This document shows positions 40,577 through 50,749 of a stretch of DNA of 64,000 nucleotides, piece after piece; the stretch's first letter is position 1, and each line of letters opens with the position of its first letter. This stretch comes from a bacterium (GTDB lineage: Bacteria; UBA8248), in contig OZ244799.1 of assembly GCA_965219955.1 (NCBI GenBank), positions 2,848,001 to 2,912,000 of the forward strand, read 5' to 3'. Under the pieces are notes generated by a model. It searched no databases. It saw only the letters and a list, made by a program, of their open reading frames with translations, and had not been told where the DNA came from. A program made the position numbers and the translations under genes.

Positions 40577-40891
40577 TCAGCCGAAGATCTGTGTCGGCAC
40601 GCGGCCCCATTCGGCGGGGTCGGTGAGGATGTCGCCGCCCTCGCCCTCGTAGGAGAAGAACAGGAGTTCGGTTTCCGTCTTCTTGCCCTTCTTTTCCAGG
40701 CGGCGCACCGTGATGGTCGGCACGTGGACGCCGAGTTCGAAGTTTTTGGCATGGCTCACCGAGACGCTCGCGCCGAACTTGGCGGCGCAGCCCTCGAGTT
40801 GCTCCCGCGTCGTCTTCACCCGTCCGTCCGCGAGGATTTCCCCGCCGAAATTCTCCGTGAGGTCGACCACAAAAATTTCAGGCTCCAGCAT
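40577..40891 (-). CDS. Hypothetical protein
   Basis: 104-aa ORF with GGAG SD and host-like codons. Confidence 0.6.
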   Translation of the reverse strand: MLEPEIFVVDLTENFGGEILADGRVKTTREQLEGCAAKFGASVSVSHAKNFELGVHVPTITVRRLEKKGKKTETELLFFSYEGEGGDILTDPAEWGRVPTQIFG

Positions 40892-41017
40892 GATGGCGCA
40901 TTCTCCCTTGAAACGTGATGAAAGGAATCCCCAGTTCGGGGCCTGCGAAAGCGCGGAGTCTAGCAGAAAGGGGACGGGGTGAGAAAGGGGGCGGGGGTTC
41001 GCCCGATGGAAAACCCG

Positions 41018-41257
41018 TTATATCGCTATTCGGGAATGAAACATTTGGGTCGTTTCTTCTTCGGGTCTAAGGCATTGCCGGATCAGAAATGCGCCGGCGT
41101 CGTAGCGGCGCTTGGCGGCAGTGTAAGCATCCAGTTCCGATTCGTAGAATCCCTCTATCGACTCATCGTGTATCAACACAAATTCGCCGTGATGTTCCTC
41201 GGCAAGTTCCGTCTGGTGCTGCTGAAAATACGCGATCTGCCTGTCCAACACTTGCAT
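41018..41257 (-). CDS. Small DUF5678-like protein
   Basis: YFQQHQTELAEEHHGEFVLIHDESIEGFY...DAY pattern. Confidence 0.55.
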   Translation of the reverse strand: MQVLDRQIAYFQQHQTELAEEHHGEFVLIHDESIEGFYESELDAYTAAKRRYDAGAFLIRQCLRPEEETTQMFHSRIAI

Positions 41258-41389
41258 GACCAAGACCCCCCGAAAGACAGGTCTTTTTCGAAAACAAACA
41301 ACGCCTTGTCTATGAGATTACACGTAAAATTTGAATTTTTGCAACAGGCTCATTTACAGACAAAATGGATTGTCCCGAAATACCTCCCC

Positions 41390-42154
41390 CTACCAATCCC
41401 AGAACAGCGTATAGGCTCTGCCGGTGACGGGGCCGGCTTCGCGCCACTCCAGGCGGGTCTGGCCGGTTTCGTTCAGAAGGCGGGGGTAGACGCGGCGCTT
41501 GTTGAAGCTGTTCGACGCACCCTGGGATTCCTCGCGGCGCGCGCCCACGAGCTTGCGGCCGGGGGGGATGAGCACTTCGAGCCGGAATTCGTCGGTGGGA
41601 TATTCGACGACCAGGGTGACCCACTCGTTCCGCGACGTGAACGAATCGCGCAGGAGGAGTTCGTGGCGAAGCTCGAAGAGCGCGCCCGCCCGAATCGGCT
41701 CGGGCAGAGCGAGGCTGGCGGAATAATCGGCGCCCGCCTGCTTCTCGATCCGGTATTCCAGGAGCGTCCAGGGGGGGTCGGCTTTTTCATCTTCCAGGAG
41801 GCGGCAGGAATAGGCCACCTCCCTGTCGCCGCTGCCCGTGTGGTAGCGCGTCTTCACGCGGGACAACTCCCGCTGGGCCAGGCAGCGCCGCACGCTCTCC
41901 ATGCGCGCGGTGCGGCCATCGACGTCTTCTATCGTGTAGGTGCGGGCGTGGAGCAGCACGCGGTAGTCGTACTCCTCATCGTCTCCCCCCTCCCCCCGGG
42001 GAGCGCCGGCGGAGCCTGCTTCTTCGATGTGGCGCACGCGCGCTTCGAGCGCATCGAACTTCTCCGAGAGTTCCTGATGGCTCTTGAGAACCGAAGAAAT
42101 GCCGCTGGAAAGCTCTTTGATGAGGTCTGCCGTTTCCGGATTTTCATCCGCCAT
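41390..42154 (-). CDS. Hypothetical protein (coiled coil plus beta-rich domain)
   Basis: N-terminal LSEKFDALEARVRHIE; ends YTLFWDW. Confidence 0.65.
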   Translation of the reverse strand: MADENPETADLIKELSSGISSVLKSHQELSEKFDALEARVRHIEEAGSAGAPRGEGGDDEEYDYRVLLHARTYTIEDVDGRTARMESVRRCLAQRELSRVKTRYHTGSGDREVAYSCRLLEDEKADPPWTLLEYRIEKQAGADYSASLALPEPIRAGALFELRHELLLRDSFTSRNEWVTLVVEYPTDEFRLEVLIPPGRKLVGARREESQGASNSFNKRRVYPRLLNETGQTRLEWREAGPVTGRAYTLFWDW

Positions 42155-42369
42155 GTCGGTGCATCCATCGTGCCGCAATGTGTCGCGCATGAACCCGCAA
42201 TTGCCGCGCCTGTGTCTCCCAAAGGGAGAGGTATACCAACATACCGGGCGCACGGGCAAGGGGCGCTTCGCGCATCTGTGATTTCAACCGGACAATTCTG
42301 AAAAATAAGATAAATATGGATAAATTCACGAGGTTTTCCGGTAAGGGAATGAAAAGTTAAACTGTTGAT

Positions 42370-43524
42370 TTATATTGGTTTAAGATGTTTCAGGCCGCCC
42401 GGTCCGTCCAGGCGGCTGCTATCGGCCAGCTGCCCGCACGCCGCGAGGATATCGACTCCCTTGGCCGTGCGCGTGGTGGCCACCAGGCCGGCGGCCAGGA
42501 GGATGCGGCGGAATTCCTCGACCCGCTCATCGCCGGGCCGCTCGAACGGCGTTCCCGGAAACGGATTCCAGGGTATCAGGTTTACCTTGCACTTGAGTCC
42601 TTCCAGGAGTTTTGAGAGCTCCTTCGCGTCTCGTTTCGAGTCATTCACGCCCCGGAGCATCACGTATTCAAAAGTGATGCGGCGCCGTTCGCCGACCGGC
42701 AACTCCCGGCATTCATCAATCAGCGCCCTCAGATTCCACTTGCGGTTCACCGGCACGAGTTTTCCCCTGGTTTCATCATCCGCCGCATGAAGCGATACCG
42801 CCAGTCCCACGCCCGGAACAGCGGAGACGAAATCCCGAAGCCTCGAGACAATCCCCACAGTCGATACCGTCAGCCTTTTTGCGCTGACGCCGTTCGCGCG
42901 CGGGTGCGTCAGGATTTTCACTGCCTTCACGGTGGCGTCGAAATTATCGAGCGGCTCCCCCATTCCCATGAACACGACGTTGTGAAAACGCTCCCCGGGG
43001 GCGAGCAGCTTTCTTGCGGCGAGAAACTGGCTGACGATCTCACCGGCCGTCAACTGCCGGATGAAACCCATCTTCGCCGTCAGGCAAAACGCGCACCCCA
43101 TCGCGCATCCGACCTGCGTAGAAATACAAAGAGACCACCGCATGACGCCGTTCACGTTTCGCATCGGTATACGCACGCTCTCGACCCGCGCGCCGTCACG
43201 AAGCCGCCACACGTATTTTTCCGTGCCGTCCGCGCTTTTGCTCTCCCGGTCGAGTTCGAGAGCCTCCAGGCGGGCCGCTTCTCCCAGTTTTGCCCTGAAA
43301 CTGTTAGGGACATTGGTCATCTGAGAGAACTCACTCACGCCGTGGGCGTACAGCCACGAGAATATCTGCCGGCCCCTGTAGGGGGGTTCTCCCATCTGCC
43401 CGCATAAGGAGACGAGTTCCTCCTCATCCATGCCGGCAAGCTCGACAGGCCGGGTGGCAGGCCGCAGACCCGCCCGATGTGTTGCGATTTTTGATTTCAC
43501 GTCCTGTTTCATAGATGGGCTCAT
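42370..43524 (-). CDS. rlmN: 23S rRNA/tRNA m2A radical SAM methyltransferase
   Basis: CISTQVGCAMGCAFC, MGMGEP, AACGQL. Confidence 0.95.
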   Translation of the reverse strand: MSPSMKQDVKSKIATHRAGLRPATRPVELAGMDEEELVSLCGQMGEPPYRGRQIFSWLYAHGVSEFSQMTNVPNSFRAKLGEAARLEALELDRESKSADGTEKYVWRLRDGARVESVRIPMRNVNGVMRWSLCISTQVGCAMGCAFCLTAKMGFIRQLTAGEIVSQFLAARKLLAPGERFHNVVFMGMGEPLDNFDATVKAVKILTHPRANGVSAKRLTVSTVGIVSRLRDFVSAVPGVGLAVSLHAADDETRGKLVPVNRKWNLRALIDECRELPVGERRRITFEYVMLRGVNDSKRDAKELSKLLEGLKCKVNLIPWNPFPGTPFERPGDERVEEFRRILLAAGLVATTRTAKGVDILAACGQLADSSRLDGPGGLKHLKPI

Positions 43525-43600
43525 GGTGTTATGGTTTGCCGATTTCGCTTCCGGCTTGAATCATAACATGGTTATGCACGCCTGGATGGAGAGTACCCAT

Positions 43601-44236
43601 ATGGCTATACGCGCGCTCCTTCTGGACCACGACGGCACGCTTGTCGACAGCTACGAGGGCATCGCCAAATGCATGCGCCTCATGTGCCGTGACCTGGGCG
43701 TGCCCGAAATGAGCGATGCGGAAATCCTTGCATCCATCGGCCCTACGCTCGAGGACAGATTCACCCAACTATGGGGCGAGAACATGGCCGAAGAGGCGGT
43801 GCGCATCTACCGCTCCCATTACAAGATTCATAACGCCGAGGGCACCCATATCATCCCCGGGGTGAAAAAAACACTCGAAACCCTCGCCCACCGGGGCATT
43901 GAGATGGCTTGCGTTTCGAACAAGGCATGGTTTTTCTGCAAGGAGCAGTTAGAGCATGTCGGGCTCTTGCCCTACATTCGAACGGTATTCGGGCACCGTC
44001 AGGGCTATGCGCCGAAACCGGACCCTGAAATGCTGTTCGCCGCCATCGAATCGCTGGAAGTGAAACCGGAAGAGGTCGTCATGGTCGGGGATACGACGAC
44101 GGACTTGCAAGCCGCCAGAAACGCATCCATCCCGGCATGGATCATCAAGGGAAAATACTCCCAGCACAGTGAGATACTAAAATTAAACCCGGATAAATAT
44201 CTGGAAAAATTAGAGGATCTTCTGGAACTGGTATAA
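43601..44236 (+). CDS. HAD phosphatase (phosphoglycolate phosphatase-like)
   Basis: DHDGTLVDS, KPDP, MVGDTTTD. Confidence 0.88.
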   Translation: MAIRALLLDHDGTLVDSYEGIAKCMRLMCRDLGVPEMSDAEILASIGPTLEDRFTQLWGENMAEEAVRIYRSHYKIHNAEGTHIIPGVKKTLETLAHRGIEMACVSNKAWFFCKEQLEHVGLLPYIRTVFGHRQGYAPKPDPEMLFAAIESLEVKPEEVVMVGDTTTDLQAARNASIPAWIIKGKYSQHSEILKLNPDKYLEKLEDLLELV

Positions 44237-44450
44237 TGCGCCAACGGCCGCTTGCACACTTGCTGATGGTTTTCTATCCTTTATTTTGGTCAGGGAGCAG
44301 CAGCGCGGCATTGCACCGACCCAAGTCCGCCGAATGATCTCTACTTCGCGCAGGGTATTGATCTTGCGCTCACATGTCATCGCCTGATGGAACCTACAAG
44401 AGAAACCTTCAACTGATACCCATTCAGATGCAATCCCTGGAGCAGTTGAT

Positions 44451-45185
44451 ATGAATCTCGTTATTATCACCCTGATTGCCATTTATCTTCTGCTGTCAAT
44501 GTTCGAGCTAACGAGTTTATCCCGTGGCCGACGGAAATCCGGATTGGGAATTCGGATACTGCCGCTGGCCGGAATTGTCCTGGCCGGCGCATTCATTCTT
44601 TTCAAACAACCTCTGATGTCTCTTACCGAGCTGATAGAACGAAAAGCGATTCCATTCCCCGCCTCGAAACTCCATATGGACGACGATAGAGCTTCATCGG
44701 CGGGTGGAAGCTTCGGTACCGGGAATCGCGGAATCTTCTGGTACATCAATCATTACGCCAAGCTCTACGGAGTCGACCCCCTGCTGGTGCGGGCCGTCAT
44801 CGAGGTGGAAAGCAACTTCGATCCAAAAGCCGTTTCTCACAATGGCGCTAAAGGCCTGATGCAAATCAACCCGATTACCGCCAGACATCTGGGCCTCAAC
44901 GATGTTTTCGACATCGGTGACAACATCGAGGGCGGGGTGCGGTATCTACGATATTTACTCGAACGATACGGTTGGAATTTGCATATGGCGCTGGCCTCCT
45001 ATAATGCGGGGCCCGCCAACATCCGGCGGTATAACGGGATTCCTCCTTTCCAGGAGACACGGCGATATATCCTGAGGATCATAGAAGTGTATGAGCGCCT
45101 CAAAAGAACGGAGAAAGTCTTCAATGATTCCTCCCGGCTTTCCGCCTTGCTCCGTCAATTGCCCGACACGCAAGAAAAAAACTGA
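44451..45185 (+). CDS. Lytic transglycosylase (SLT domain)
   Basis: VESNFDPKAVS..GAKGLMQ, ASYNAG. Confidence 0.9.
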   Translation: MNLVIITLIAIYLLLSMFELTSLSRGRRKSGLGIRILPLAGIVLAGAFILFKQPLMSLTELIERKAIPFPASKLHMDDDRASSAGGSFGTGNRGIFWYINHYAKLYGVDPLLVRAVIEVESNFDPKAVSHNGAKGLMQINPITARHLGLNDVFDIGDNIEGGVRYLRYLLERYGWNLHMALASYNAGPANIRRYNGIPPFQETRRYILRIIEVYERLKRTEKVFNDSSRLSALLRQLPDTQEKN

Positions 45186-45393
45186 CAGAACAATTCCTGG
45201 AAAATGGCCGTACCCCGGGCTTACACCCGAAAGATTCGTTCCTGTTCAGCAACGCCGGTGTTTCTTGCAGTTCATGGCAATGATGCATCATTCTGAAATC
45301 TTATTGCCAAACCAGACTTGAGTTCTATATTTTACAATTCAAAGAAGCCATCCGGCCCCGATATATCAATAGCGCAACGCACCAGGACTTAGA

Positions 45394-46134
45394 ATGCCGA
45401 CCAGAGTCGCCTCACCAGGCACCCGAAAACGAAAAATCCTGAAACTCACAGACAGACTATTGTCCCGCTTCGGGAAGCCAAAGCGCACAAAGCGAAGCAA
45501 CCTGCTGGATTCCCTGGTCGAAACCCTGCTCTCGCAGAGCACGACCGATCATAACCGCGACATGGCGTTTGATTCCCTGAAAAAGACTTTCGCCAGTTGG
45601 GATGAAATCGCCGACGCCCCTCAAAAGTTTCTTGCCCAGGCAATTCGTTCGGCCGGTTTGGGGAATCAAAAAGCCGGCAGAATCCGGGATTTCCTGAGGT
45701 GGCTCCGTGAGGACCGAGAGCACCTCTGTCTGGAATTCCTGCATCATGAATCAGATGATTTCGCCGTGCAGTATCTCACCCGGCACAAAGGCATCGGCGT
45801 CAAAACCGCTTATGTCACCCTGATGCTGTCTTCAAACCGGGATTTGTTCCCCATCGATGTTCACATTCACCGGATCATGATTCGCCTGGGCATCATTCCT
45901 GAGAAAACGACGCCTGAAAAATCCCACCCGGTCCTCGCGCCACTCATACCAAAAGGCCGTGCTCACGAACTACACATGAACATGCTGCGTTTCGGCCGCA
46001 CCATCTGCACCGCCCGCAATCCCAAGTGCACCGACTGCGACATGAGGCGAATGTGCCCCTACTATAAAGACAAGAACCCAGGAAAACCCAAAGGCGGAGA
46101 AATTCACCTTTCGCAAAAGCAAACCAGCCCATGA
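45394..46134 (+). CDS. nth: Endonuclease III-like HhH-GPD glycosylase
   Basis: LLSQST, GIGVKTA, PIDVH, CTARNPKCTDC..C. Confidence 0.85.
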   Translation: MPTRVASPGTRKRKILKLTDRLLSRFGKPKRTKRSNLLDSLVETLLSQSTTDHNRDMAFDSLKKTFASWDEIADAPQKFLAQAIRSAGLGNQKAGRIRDFLRWLREDREHLCLEFLHHESDDFAVQYLTRHKGIGVKTAYVTLMLSSNRDLFPIDVHIHRIMIRLGIIPEKTTPEKSHPVLAPLIPKGRAHELHMNMLRFGRTICTARNPKCTDCDMRRMCPYYKDKNPGKPKGGEIHLSQKQTSP

Positions 46135-47027
46135 ACTGGATCCAGCTGATCGGCCCGGGCGAGCTGTTGGCCATCGCCTCTTCCATCACATTCTCGGTAG
46201 CGCAAACTTTCCTCAGACAGGGAATGAGAAGCGTATCGCCACTGGCCGCCGCCTTGATAGTCAATGGAATCGTAAGCCTGGGCGGCCTCGTCATGTCTCT
46301 CCTGAACGGCACGCTTTTTACTTCGAAAGCAGAAGCCATCTTCTGGTACGCCGCCGTGGGCGCAGCGGGTCCCACCATAGGCAGATACTGCTACCTGGTG
46401 GGCGTCTCCCGTATCGGGCTCAGCCGCACCGTACCCATATCCTCGGCGGCCCCGATTTGGGGAACTTTTTTCGCCATTCTGATTCTGGGAGAAACGCCGA
46501 CAACCATGGTCGTACTCGGCACCCTGGGCATCGTCATCGGGGTATCCATTCTCGGGATACAAGACGACAAATCCCAATCTTTCAAAAGCTGGTTTCGGGG
46601 AGCGCTCATATTTCCGCTCGTTGCATCACTCGCCTATGCGATAGCACCCATCTTCGCCAAACTCGCTTACACACACCAGATGACGCCCAGCGTCGGCATG
46701 GCCGTCTCCTTCGCCACAGCCAACGGTTTACTTCTGCTTACGAAACCGATCCTGCCCGGCCAAAGTGATATCCGCGGCAAGAAAAGAGGTCTTATATGGG
46801 TGGGAGGCGCAGGCGCCATCGGTATTTGCAGCTCGTTTATGCTCTGGACGGCCTTTACGATGGCGAGCGTGTCCACCGCTCTGCCCCTGAGCCGAATCGC
46901 ACCGATTTGGGTGCTGATCCTGAGCTATTTTTTCCTGGGCAAGCTAGAAACAATCAACCGCAAAACGGTTCTGGCCACCGTTTGCGTCGTCGCAGGCGGG
47001 GTTCTGATAACCGCCTTCCGAAACTGA
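46131..47027 (+). CDS. DMT/EamA transporter
   Basis: About 10 TM helices in two repeats ending ILGE and FLGK. Confidence 0.85.
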   Translation: MNWIQLIGPGELLAIASSITFSVAQTFLRQGMRSVSPLAAALIVNGIVSLGGLVMSLLNGTLFTSKAEAIFWYAAVGAAGPTIGRYCYLVGVSRIGLSRTVPISSAAPIWGTFFAILILGETPTTMVVLGTLGIVIGVSILGIQDDKSQSFKSWFRGALIFPLVASLAYAIAPIFAKLAYTHQMTPSVGMAVSFATANGLLLLTKPILPGQSDIRGKKRGLIWVGGAGAIGICSSFMLWTAFTMASVSTALPLSRIAPIWVLILSYFFLGKLETINRKTVLATVCVVAGGVLITAFRN

Positions 47028-47088
47028 TTCACAGACAGCGCGCAAAACACCAAATTCTTGAGCCAGATTTTACAACTCCAGCAACATC

Positions 47089-48336
47089 CTATCTGCCCGC
47101 CGCCGCTTCGGCGACACGAGGGGAATAAACAAGATCATCCACTTGCGGCGGATCCTCGAGAAAGCCTGCCGCTTTCAGAGTCAGCACGTCGTTCGTGCCG
47201 TCTGAATGCAGGAAGCTCAAGGCGTCACGCATGAGTTTCTCGATGGGGTTTTTCCGCATATACCCCGCCGCCCCCCAAAGCTCCATCGCCTCCTGGCAGA
47301 CCTGTACGGCGGATTCGGATGCGAATACCTTGCTCAGCATCGCATTCTTCCGGTCCATCTCCTCGAGTTGGGTGGACCACGCCGTGCGCCACAAATAAGA
47401 GCGAGAGGCCTCTATCTTCATCGCCATGCGCGCGAGTCTGATTTGCTGAAGCTGATGGCCGAGCAAAGGCACGCTTCCCTGGATTCGGGCATGGGCATAC
47501 TGCAAAGAGAGGTCATACGCGCGCTGCGCGACCCCCAGGACGGTGGCGCCCGCCTGGATGTTGCTCCCGTGCCTGATGAACAAATTGGCCAGCGCCGGCA
47601 AAGCCTGGCCCACTTCTCCGATCTGGTCTTCCGCTGGAACTTCCACATCGTGAAACTCCAGCGTACCGTTCTGAACACATCTTTGGCCGAGTTTGTCCCA
47701 CACTTCCGTGACTTCAAAACCCTTGGCGTCAGAGGGCACCAAGAAGGCCGTGAGACTGTCCATCATCGGATTGTCTTTATCCGTGCGAGCGGCGATCTGG
47801 TAGACCTTGGCGAGCCCCCCGTTCGAGATATAACGCTTTGTGCCGTTCAACACCCAGCGGTCTCCCTTTTTTTCCGCATACGACTGAATTCCCGCTCCGG
47901 GATTCTGATTGGGCCATACGTTGTCGCTTCCCGCCATAGGTTCCGTCCAGGCCGTCGCCAGAATACACTCGTCGTCATCCATGATTCTGGGGAGCCAGCG
48001 TTTTTGCTGTTCCTCATCCGCCATGTTGGCAATCGACGTCATAATCTTCCACGTCTGATCAAAGGCGACGGCGAGTCCCAGATCCCCATACGCCAGCGTC
48101 TCGCCCACGATGGCGCAGGAAAGCACGTCGGCGCCTTCACCTCCAAACTCTTTCGGGACGGTGAGTGTTCTGAGGCCTCGCCTCGAACCTTCTCGAATGA
48201 CTTCCCAGTTGAAGGATGCTTCAGGATCCTCGATGCGGTCCGCGACCTCCGCCGCGGGAATCATGACTTCGGTGGCGAATCTTTTCGCAGTATCTCTGAG
48301 TTCCATCTGCCGGGGGGTGAGCTGGAAATCGACCAT
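47089..48336 (-). CDS. Acyl-CoA dehydrogenase family
   Basis: TEPMAGSD, LNGTKRYISNG, KLGQR, EKLMRDA. Confidence 0.92.
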   Translation of the reverse strand: MVDFQLTPRQMELRDTAKRFATEVMIPAAEVADRIEDPEASFNWEVIREGSRRGLRTLTVPKEFGGEGADVLSCAIVGETLAYGDLGLAVAFDQTWKIMTSIANMADEEQQKRWLPRIMDDDECILATAWTEPMAGSDNVWPNQNPGAGIQSYAEKKGDRWVLNGTKRYISNGGLAKVYQIAARTDKDNPMMDSLTAFLVPSDAKGFEVTEVWDKLGQRCVQNGTLEFHDVEVPAEDQIGEVGQALPALANLFIRHGSNIQAGATVLGVAQRAYDLSLQYAHARIQGSVPLLGHQLQQIRLARMAMKIEASRSYLWRTAWSTQLEEMDRKNAMLSKVFASESAVQVCQEAMELWGAAGYMRKNPIEKLMRDALSFLHSDGTNDVLTLKAAGFLEDPPQVDDLVYSPRVAEAAAGR

Positions 48337-48462
48337 CGGTTTTATCCTCCAAGGGTAATCGTCCTGGCGATTCAGTCGCGATGAAACAGTCGCGAATCAT
48401 CATGTCAAGAAAGCCCGCTGTTGCGCCTCCGCTTGTTCCGGTTCTCGGGATGCGAGCGTATA

Positions 48463-48861
48463 TTAAAGAGCCTCCGGGTTCTCGCACAACTCGATGCGGA
48501 TATTGCCGGGTCCTCTGACATAGGCGATCATCCGCCCGCCAACCCCGCGGCGCACGGGCTCCACCATAATCTCCGCCCCCTTGCCCCGCAGCCACTGGAC
48601 GGCGGCTTCCACATCCGGAACGCCGAACCCGAAATGATCCAGACCCTGAACCAGTTCCGGCCCCACGGAATCCGGCGACTCCTCGGGTCTGAGGCCGCGC
48701 GCGAATATCACCAGGCGGCCGATTCGGATCGCCGCGTTGGGCGAGCCCTTGAAGTCCTCATCGTAGCGAATGATTTCAGCGTCGAACACGTTTTCGAAAT
48801 ACCCGGCAAACGCCTTCACGTCGGCGCAAACGTAGTGAATATGATCAAAACCGAATTCCAT
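48463..48861 (-). CDS. VOC/glyoxalase family protein
   Basis: FDHIH, LDHFGF, GPGNIRIEL. Confidence 0.85.
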   Translation of the reverse strand: MEFGFDHIHYVCADVKAFAGYFENVFDAEIIRYDEDFKGSPNAAIRIGRLVIFARGLRPEESPDSVGPELVQGLDHFGFGVPDVEAAVQWLRGKGAEIMVEPVRRGVGGRMIAYVRGPGNIRIELCENPEAL

Positions 48862-48881
48862 CGAATTCTCCAAATATGAGA

Positions 48882-50591
48882 TTACGGCGTGATGATGATC
48901 GGCGAATCCTCAGAATCGGTATCTTCCGGAACACCGCCATCCTCGACGTTCTCTTCCTGCATTTCCCCTTCCCCGCCCTGAGACTCCCGAACCTGCCGGA
49001 TAACCCGCTCGAGCATCACGTTGATGGAATACTGGAACATTTCGACGAATAACGGCGCGGGCTCATCCGTATCCACCCGCATTTCATCCGCCAGCGTCAC
49101 GCATTCCCGGGCCATCGCTTCATCGCCCGCCTGATGGAAAACGTACCCGTTGTCTTCCAACTGGCCCGATATGCGCTCCCGCAACGCCGCATCCTCAAAA
49201 CTATCTTTCGCGCCGTTTTCCACAATCTGCTGAAGACGCTCTTTTTTCTGTCTTTCATCCAGCGCCACCTGACTTTCCATCGACTCCAGAAATTCCTGAA
49301 AATACGGCGCCACGAGCTCTTCATCCATCACCCAACTCCAAAAAGGCCGGTGGACGAATATCGTGCGCACTTCCATCCGTTTCTCGCCTTCCGCAAGAGG
49401 ATTCACCATCGCGCGGACAGGATGCGGGCCCTCCGCGGGATACCCCTCAGCCTCCGACAACGGATCGAGCATGAGTTTCGCATGCGTAAAGCCGCGTGGC
49501 AGCGGCGTTTCTCCCATTTCGTTTTCGCGCTGGCCGCGTTCCAGAAGCCAGATCGCATATCCGGCAGGCACCTCCTGTGAGGCCAGAGTGGGCATTTCTG
49601 AAATTCGGCGGAAAACATCACGCAACTCTTTCCCGCTCATTTCCGCATCGGTGAACTCAACGATGCCTCGTCCCCGGTGCAATCGCGCCTGCACGAGATA
49701 CCTTCCCCGGGGAACCCTCGAGCGGGCGAGCCACAAAAGCATCTGCCCGCGCCCGTCTACGGCACTGACTACGGCACGAACATAGTCAGGGTAATTGGCT
49801 CGCTGCGCCGTGCGAACACCCGTATCGGGTAATTTTTCAACTTCTACGCCCTTGTTTTTCAACCGGAACAACGCTTTGCGAATTCGGGACAACGTATCTT
49901 TGTCTTTCGTGGATTCCGAGAGCTTTTGAAGCGCAATCGCGGCCTCCTGCGTAGCCATATCCGCCAGAATCTGAATGAAATACTCAGGCGGCAATATTTC
50001 TGTTTGGGCCATCGCTTCAGCCAGAACAAGCGCACAATCCGCCGAAACGCCATCCGAATTCACAAGGCCGTCACGCAATGTCACTTCCTGCAGAAAAGGA
50101 GGCAGGTCTTTCAACGACGATACGATGGACTTTGCGGAATCAAGCGTGAGAATCGTATTCCCGCCGAGTTGTTCGGAAACATCCCGGGCCCGGCTTAAAT
50201 TTTCGCTATCGAAACCCACCGGCAATTCTGCATTCGCATCCAATGCCTGAAGCGTCTCGTAGAGCGTCGTGAGTCCCGGTATCGACCAGCGCATCGTCCG
50301 GATCAGAGAAACAAGCTTTTCGACGATGGATGGATTGTTCAACTCGCGCAGGGCGAGGAGCGTGGGAATACGACCCTCTGAAGTAGTGGAGGACAGGTGG
50401 TTCAATACACCGGCGAGCCCGACCTCCCCCATTTCCCTGATTTCATCCAAAAGAGGCGCCGGCGCCATGGCGCCCGGCGGAGCCGGCACGGTAAACGACG
50501 CTTCAAGGCCGGCCGCTACGGCGGCGGCCCGGTTCAAATCCTCTTTCGAAAAAGTTTTTTTCGAGGCTTTCATCCTCGCTTTCTTCGCCAA
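48882..50591 (-). CDS. Hypothetical helical protein
   Basis: 569-aa ORF, TTG start with AGGAG SD. Confidence 0.75.
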   Translation of the reverse strand: MAKKARMKASKKTFSKEDLNRAAAVAAGLEASFTVPAPPGAMAPAPLLDEIREMGEVGLAGVLNHLSSTTSEGRIPTLLALRELNNPSIVEKLVSLIRTMRWSIPGLTTLYETLQALDANAELPVGFDSENLSRARDVSEQLGGNTILTLDSAKSIVSSLKDLPPFLQEVTLRDGLVNSDGVSADCALVLAEAMAQTEILPPEYFIQILADMATQEAAIALQKLSESTKDKDTLSRIRKALFRLKNKGVEVEKLPDTGVRTAQRANYPDYVRAVVSAVDGRGQMLLWLARSRVPRGRYLVQARLHRGRGIVEFTDAEMSGKELRDVFRRISEMPTLASQEVPAGYAIWLLERGQRENEMGETPLPRGFTHAKLMLDPLSEAEGYPAEGPHPVRAMVNPLAEGEKRMEVRTIFVHRPFWSWVMDEELVAPYFQEFLESMESQVALDERQKKERLQQIVENGAKDSFEDAALRERISGQLEDNGYVFHQAGDEAMARECVTLADEMRVDTDEPAPLFVEMFQYSINVMLERVIRQVRESQGGEGEMQEENVEDGGVPEDTDSEDSPIIITP

Positions 50592-50749
50592 AACCGTTTC
50601 TCCTAAATATATGTTTCAGAACCTGCATCATCATCGCGTGCAGCGCGTACTGTCAAGACGATCTGGAAAAGCGCCTTTTTCTCTCCCGCTTTTGCCAACC
50701 GCAACGCATACATGCCACAATCGCCGATATTTCGGCCCTGGGAGATACA

